Positions 58,816 to 64,000 of a stretch of DNA of 64,000 bases are shown piece by piece (position 1 is the first letter of the stretch; every line of letters starts with the position of its first letter). The notes under the pieces were generated by a model. It did not search any database and was not told where the DNA came from. It was given only the letters and a program-made list of their open reading frames with translations. The stretch is from Squalus acanthias (taxonomy: Eukaryota): positions 30,878,001 through 30,942,000 of the forward strand of contig CM059432.1 of the NCBI GenBank assembly GCA_030390025.1. Reading direction: 5' to 3'. Made by a program: the position numbers and the translations under genes.

Positions 58816-60040
58816 ATTATGTTTGTTCCAGAGGCCGTGTACAGTTTCATTACTTGATGGGCTCTACTCAGCCCATCTAACGTCCTGAGGAAAGGTTCAC
58901 CAAACCTGTGGCCTAGAAGTATATTGGGAAAAACTCCTGAACACAAATCTAAGTTTACAGAGTCCCACGTAGTAAAAATGGAATTTGACTTGTTCACTCT
59001 CTTTAATTCAGTGGTTGCTATGGTCATGTTCAGTACTGCCAAACCTCATGAGCAATTGTGGGATTTGCAAATTTTAAAAAAAATGTTCACGGCACACATG
59101 GGAAATTTAAACATGTAGAGCGATGTTTTAATTTCCCATATGAATTATGGGTATTAAAAAACTTATAAAAATTACATGACTGTTGATTGAATCGGAAGTA
59201 TTACCAACACTGCACGTCCCTTGGTTCTCCTCTCCTGGTTTTTGCATGAAACATACCTCTCTGTCCACTTCATTCATTTCCTTCCTTACTTTAATAACCT
59301 TGTAGTCTTTGCCCCACTACCAATTCATTTAGTTCTTTTGCTACTGTTCGACTTCAAGATCACCCTCATCTTCAAATCGCTCAATGGCCTCACGCCATGG
59401 AAAGCAAGAACTTTCACTCCTACAGTGCCTTATCACATCCCTGATAAATGTCCCAAAGAGTTTCATGTGTGATTAATTAGTACGGTCGCTGTTGTTATAC
59501 AACTGAAATTTGACTACTTTAGTGAAATTCTCTGCCCATAAATCTCGGCTCACATCCTGTATTCCTGTAACTCTGGATTACTGTTCTTTCCCCATACGGC
59601 CCACTGCACATTGCCTGCACCCTCCATTTCATCATCAGAGGCTGGTGTTTCAGGCGCTACCCCCACCCCCTTGTAATTCTGTTGTTTTACGTAGGATGAC
59701 ACAGGATATACAGCACAGAAACAGGCCATTTGGCCCAACCAGACTATGCCAGCATTTATGTTCCAATCGAGCCTCCTCCCGTCTTTCCTCCTCTAAATCT
59801 ATCAGCATAACCCTCTATTCCCTTCTCCCTCATATGCTTATCTAGCCTCCCCTTAAATGCATCTATACTATTTGCCTCAACTACTCCCTGTGGTAGCGAG
59901 TTCCATATTCTCGCCAGCCTCTGGGTAAAGAAGCTTCTTCTGAATTCATATTGGATTTCTTGGTGACAATCTATATTGATGGCCTCTAGTTATAATCTTC
60001 AACACAAGGGCAAGCACTCTCTCTGTATCTACTCTATCAG

Positions 60041-61945
60041 GGGGGTACTTAAAAAATAAATTAGGAGAGCGAAGAGGGGGCATGAAAAAACACTGGCGGG
60101 CAAAATAAAGGAAAATCCCAAGGTGTTTTATAAGTATATTAAGGGCAAGAGGATAACCAGGGAAAGAGTAGGGCCCATTAGGGACCAAAGTGGCAATCTG
60201 TGTGTAGAGCCGGAAGATGTAGGTGAGGTTTTAAATGAATATTTTGCATCTGTGTTCACTATGGAGAAGGACGATGTAGGCATAGAAATCAGGCAGGGGG
60301 ATTGTGATATACTTGAACAAATTAGCATTGAGAGGGAGGAGGTACTAGCGGTTTTAGTGGGCTTAAAAGTGGATAAATCCCCAGGCCCAGACGAGATGTA
60401 TCCCAGGCTGCTGTGTGAGGCAAGGGAGGAGATTGCAGGGGCTCTGACACAAATTTTCAGAACCTCTCTGGCCACAGGGGAGGTGCCAGAGGACTGGAGA
60501 ACAGCTAACGTAGTACCATTATTCAAGAAGGGTAGTAGGGATAAACCAGGGAATTACAGGCCAGTGAGCCTAACATCAGTGGTAGGGAAATTATTGGAAA
60601 AAATTCTGAGGGACAGAATTAGTCTCCACTTGGAGAGGCAAGGATTAATCAAGGATAGTCAGCATGGCTTTGTCAGGGGTAGATTATGTCTAACCAATTT
60701 AATTGAATTTTTCGAGGGGGTGACTAGGTGTGTTGGTGAGGGTAGTGCAGTTGATGTAGTCTACATGGACTTCAGTAAGGCTTTTGACAAAGTCCCACAT
60801 GGGAGACTGGTCAAGAAGGTAAGCGCCCATGGGATCCAGGGCAATTTGGCACATTGGATCCAAAATTGGCTTAGTGGCAGGAGGCAGAGGGTGATGGTCG
60901 AAGGTTGCTTTTGTGACTGGAAGCCTGTGTCCAGTGGTGTACCGCAGGGATCGGTGCTGGGTCCTTTGCTGTTTGTAGTGTACATTAATGATTTAGATAT
61001 GAATGTAGGAGGTATGATCAGTAAGTTCGCAGATGACACGAAAATTGGTGGAGTGGTAAATAGCGAGGAGGGAAGCCTCAGGCTACAGGACGATATAGAC
61101 GGGTTGGTCAGATGGGCAGAACAGTGACAAATGGAATTTAACCCTGAAAAGTGTGAGGTGATGCATTTTGGGAGGACTAACAAGGCAAGGGAATACACAA
61201 TGAATGGTAGGACCCTCGGAAGGACAGAGGATCAGAGGGACCTTGGTGTGCATGTACATAGATCCCTGAAGGCAGCAGGACAGGTAGATAAGGTGGTTAA
61301 AAAGGCATATGGGATACTTGCCTTCATTAGCCGAGGCATAGAATATAAGAGCAGGGAGGTTATGATGGAGCTGTACAAAATGCTAGTTAGGCCACAGCTG
61401 GAATACTGTGTGTAGTTCTGGTCACCACACCATAGGAGGGATGTGATTGCATTGGAGAGGGTGCAGAGGAGATTCACCAGGATGTTACCTGGGCTGGAGC
61501 GCTTCAGCTATGAAGAGAGACTGGACAGGCTGGGATTGTTTTCCTTAGAGCAGAGAAGGCTGAGGGGGACCTGATTGAGGTGTACAAAATTATGAGGGGC
61601 ATAGATAGGATAGATAGAAAGGAACTATTCCCCTTAGTAGAGGGGTCAGTAACCAGGGGGCATAGTTTCAAGGTAAGGGACAGGAGGTTTAGAGGGGATT
61701 TGAGGAAAATCTTTTTCACCCAGAGGGTGGTTGGCATCTGGAACTCACTGCCTGAAAGGGTGGTAGAGGCAGGAACCCTCACAACATTCAAAAACCATTT
61801 AGATGAGCACTTGAAACACCATAGCATACAAGGCTACGGACCAAGTGCTGGAAAATGGGATTAAAATAGACAGGGCTTGATGGCCAGCGCAGACACGATG
61901 GGCCGAAGGCCTCTTTCTGTGCTGTATAACTCTATGACTATGACT
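60041..61945 (+). mobile_element. Relatively young 5'-truncated CR1 (RT plus tail)
   Basis: 334-aa ORF 60123..61127 with the full RT motif set; few stops downstream; CTATGA-repeat tail. Confidence 0.95.
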
Positions 61946-62474
61946 AAAAGAGACCCAGCCTGTTCATCCTTTCCTGATATGTATTCCCTCGCATTTCTGG
62001 TATCATCCTTGTAAATCTTCTCTGTAACCTCTCCAATGCCTCTATATGCTTTTTATAATATGGCGACCAGAATTGTATGCAGTACTCTACGTGTGGTCTA
62101 ACCAAGGTTCAATACAGGTTTAGCATACCTTCCCTGCTTTTCAATTCTATACCTCTAGAACTAAACCCTAGTGCTTGGTTTGCTTTTTTTATGGCCTTGC
62201 TAATCTGTGTCACAACATTTAGTGATTTGTGTAATTGTACTCTGAGATCCCTTTGTTCCTCTACCCCACCTAGACTCGCACCCTCCAAGTAATAAGTGAC
62301 CTCCGTAATCTTCCTACTAAAATGTAATACCTCACATTTATCTGTGTTGAAATTCATTTGCCAATTATATGCCCATTCTGCTAGTTTATTAATGTCCTCC
62401 TGTAACTTGTTGCAGTCCTCCTCAGTATTGACTATCCCTCCCAATTTGGTGTCATCCGCAAATTTAGAAATTGT

Positions 62475-63218
62475 GGGCCGAAAATTGATCCCGGGACGCG
62501 AGAGTACGCACTGCATACTCTCGCGTATTCCCACTCCAATTGCCGGTTTTCTGCATGCCCTGCGCATGCGCTGAAAACCGGCAATTGCTCTTCCGAAAAG
62601 GGGGCGGGGCCGGAGTGCATCGCGTGCGCGCTACAGGCTGCGCGCACGCTGTGCACTTCATGCTTTGGACACGCAGGTAAGTACTGAAGATTTTGGAAAT
62701 GTAAAAAGGAGGAGTAAGACCCGCTTTTAAGAAGGTAAGTAGTGAATTAAGTATTTTTTTGAATTTTTTTTTACAGGTATATCTTTTTTATAGACTTTAA
62801 AGACAGGTAAGTTTATTTTTATAACTTTTTAAAAGATTTTAAATTTTTTCAAAAATTTAATTTTTTATTTAAAATGGTTAATTTAATTAACTATACTTAT
62901 TTTATTAATGTGATGGGTTTTTTTTTAAATTTAATTGAGGTTTAGCTGTTATTTTGGGGGGGTGTAAGATTCATAAGTCTCTCAGCCATGCTGTGAGACT
63001 TATGAATGGAAGATGGTGTGCTGCCATTGGCTCTAACTGAGTCACGTGATCCCACAGCTCGCACGAATTAACTACGCCGCTGGGATACGCAAGCCCAGCA
63101 CAGCTGATGTCTGGAACATCAATTTCGTGCGAGCTGGATCAGAAAAAGCATAAGCGAGGTGAGACATCGCGGGAAAGGCTTACCCCCGCGGGAACAGAGC
63201 GAGATCAATTTCTGGGCC
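62475..63218. mobile_element. Harbinger-type MITE, family H copy 2
   Basis: TIRs GGGCCGAAAATTGATC / GATCAATTTCTGGGCC; exact TGT duplication. Confidence 0.93.
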
Positions 63219-63419
63219 TGTGTTTTTGATTCCTAAGCCTAAATCGTTAATGTAAATTGTGAGCAGCAATGGTCCCAGCACTGATCCTTGTGGAACACCA
63301 CTACCCACTTTCTGCCACTGTTAATAGTGACCCTTTACTCCTACTCTCTGCTTTCTATCCTGAAGCCAGCCAGTAATCCATTCTGCTACTTGTCCCTGAC
63401 TCCGCATTCTCTGACCTTG

Positions 63420-64000
63420 TTCATCAGGCCCAACCATCTTCAGATGCTTCAACAATGATCTTCCCTCCAACATAAGGTCCGAAATGGGAATGTTCGCAGA
63501 TGACTGCACAGTGTTCAGTGCCATTCGCAACTCCTCAGATATGAAGCAGTCCATGCCCGCATGCAACAAGACCTGGATGACATTCAGGCTTGGGCTGAAA
63601 AGTGTCAGGTAACATTCGTGCCACAGAAGTGCCAGGCAATGACTATCTCTAACAAGCGAGAGTCTAACCACCGCCCCTTGACATTCAACGGCATTACCAT
63701 CGCCAAATCCCCCACCATCAACATCCTGGGGGTCACCATTGACCAGAAACTTAACTGGACCAGCCACATAAATACTGTGGCAACAAGAGCAGGTCAGAGG
63801 CTACGTATTCTGCAGTGAGTGTCTCACCTCCTGACTCCCCAAAGCCTTTCCACCATCTACAAGGCACAAGTAAGGAGTGTGATGGAATACTTTCCACTTG
63901 CCTGGATGAGTGCAGCTCCAACAACACTCAAGAAGCTTGACACCATCCAAGACAAAGCAGCCCGCTTGATTGGCACCCCATCTACCACCTTAAACATTCA
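63420..64000 (+). mobile_element. Second-family LINE, RT C-terminal part, runs off the window
   Basis: MFADDCTV, QQDLDDIQAWA, NILGVTIDQKLNWTSHI. Confidence 0.9.

Larger units (their letters stand above)
59700..63420 (-). mobile_element. Older minus-strand CR1 sequence (59700-60040, 61946-62474, 63219-63420) around a younger CR1 and a MITE
   Basis: ISKFADDTKLGG..CEVLHF in ORF 62109..62567; rejoins across 62475-63218; the 59700-60040 piece may be a separate copy. Confidence 0.75.

Overview
Gene-poor, almost wholly transposon-derived vertebrate DNA. The repeat families (CR1 LINEs with 8-bp tandem tails, Deu-domain tRNA SINEs, Penelope, many PIF/Harbinger elements) point to a cartilaginous fish; this is an inference. 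No host protein-coding gene could be supported. The main structure (3.1-19.6 kb) is one CR1 LINE cut into four pieces by three two-gene PIF/Harbinger transposons, each with a spliced Myb/SANT-like gene convergent with a DDE transposase. Two of them (A1 3671-7873, A2 15325-19523) are near-identical direct repeats at the two breakpoints of a 7.45-kb inversion of the CR1 middle. Both left ends join the RT break, both right ends join the endonuclease break, about 41 bp are lost at one break and 3 bp are duplicated at the other. That is the geometry of a Tn10-style inside-end deletion-inversion, not of ordinary ectopic recombination. A2 has both reading frames intact. The rest of the window holds two decayed Harbingers, many Harbinger-type MITEs (one pair with hairpins conserved in structure but not sequence), a hAT derivative, RTE, L2, Penelope with hammerhead motifs, an LF-SINE-like copy and nested LINE clusters. 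All alignments were made by eye, so boundaries of decayed elements are approximate.
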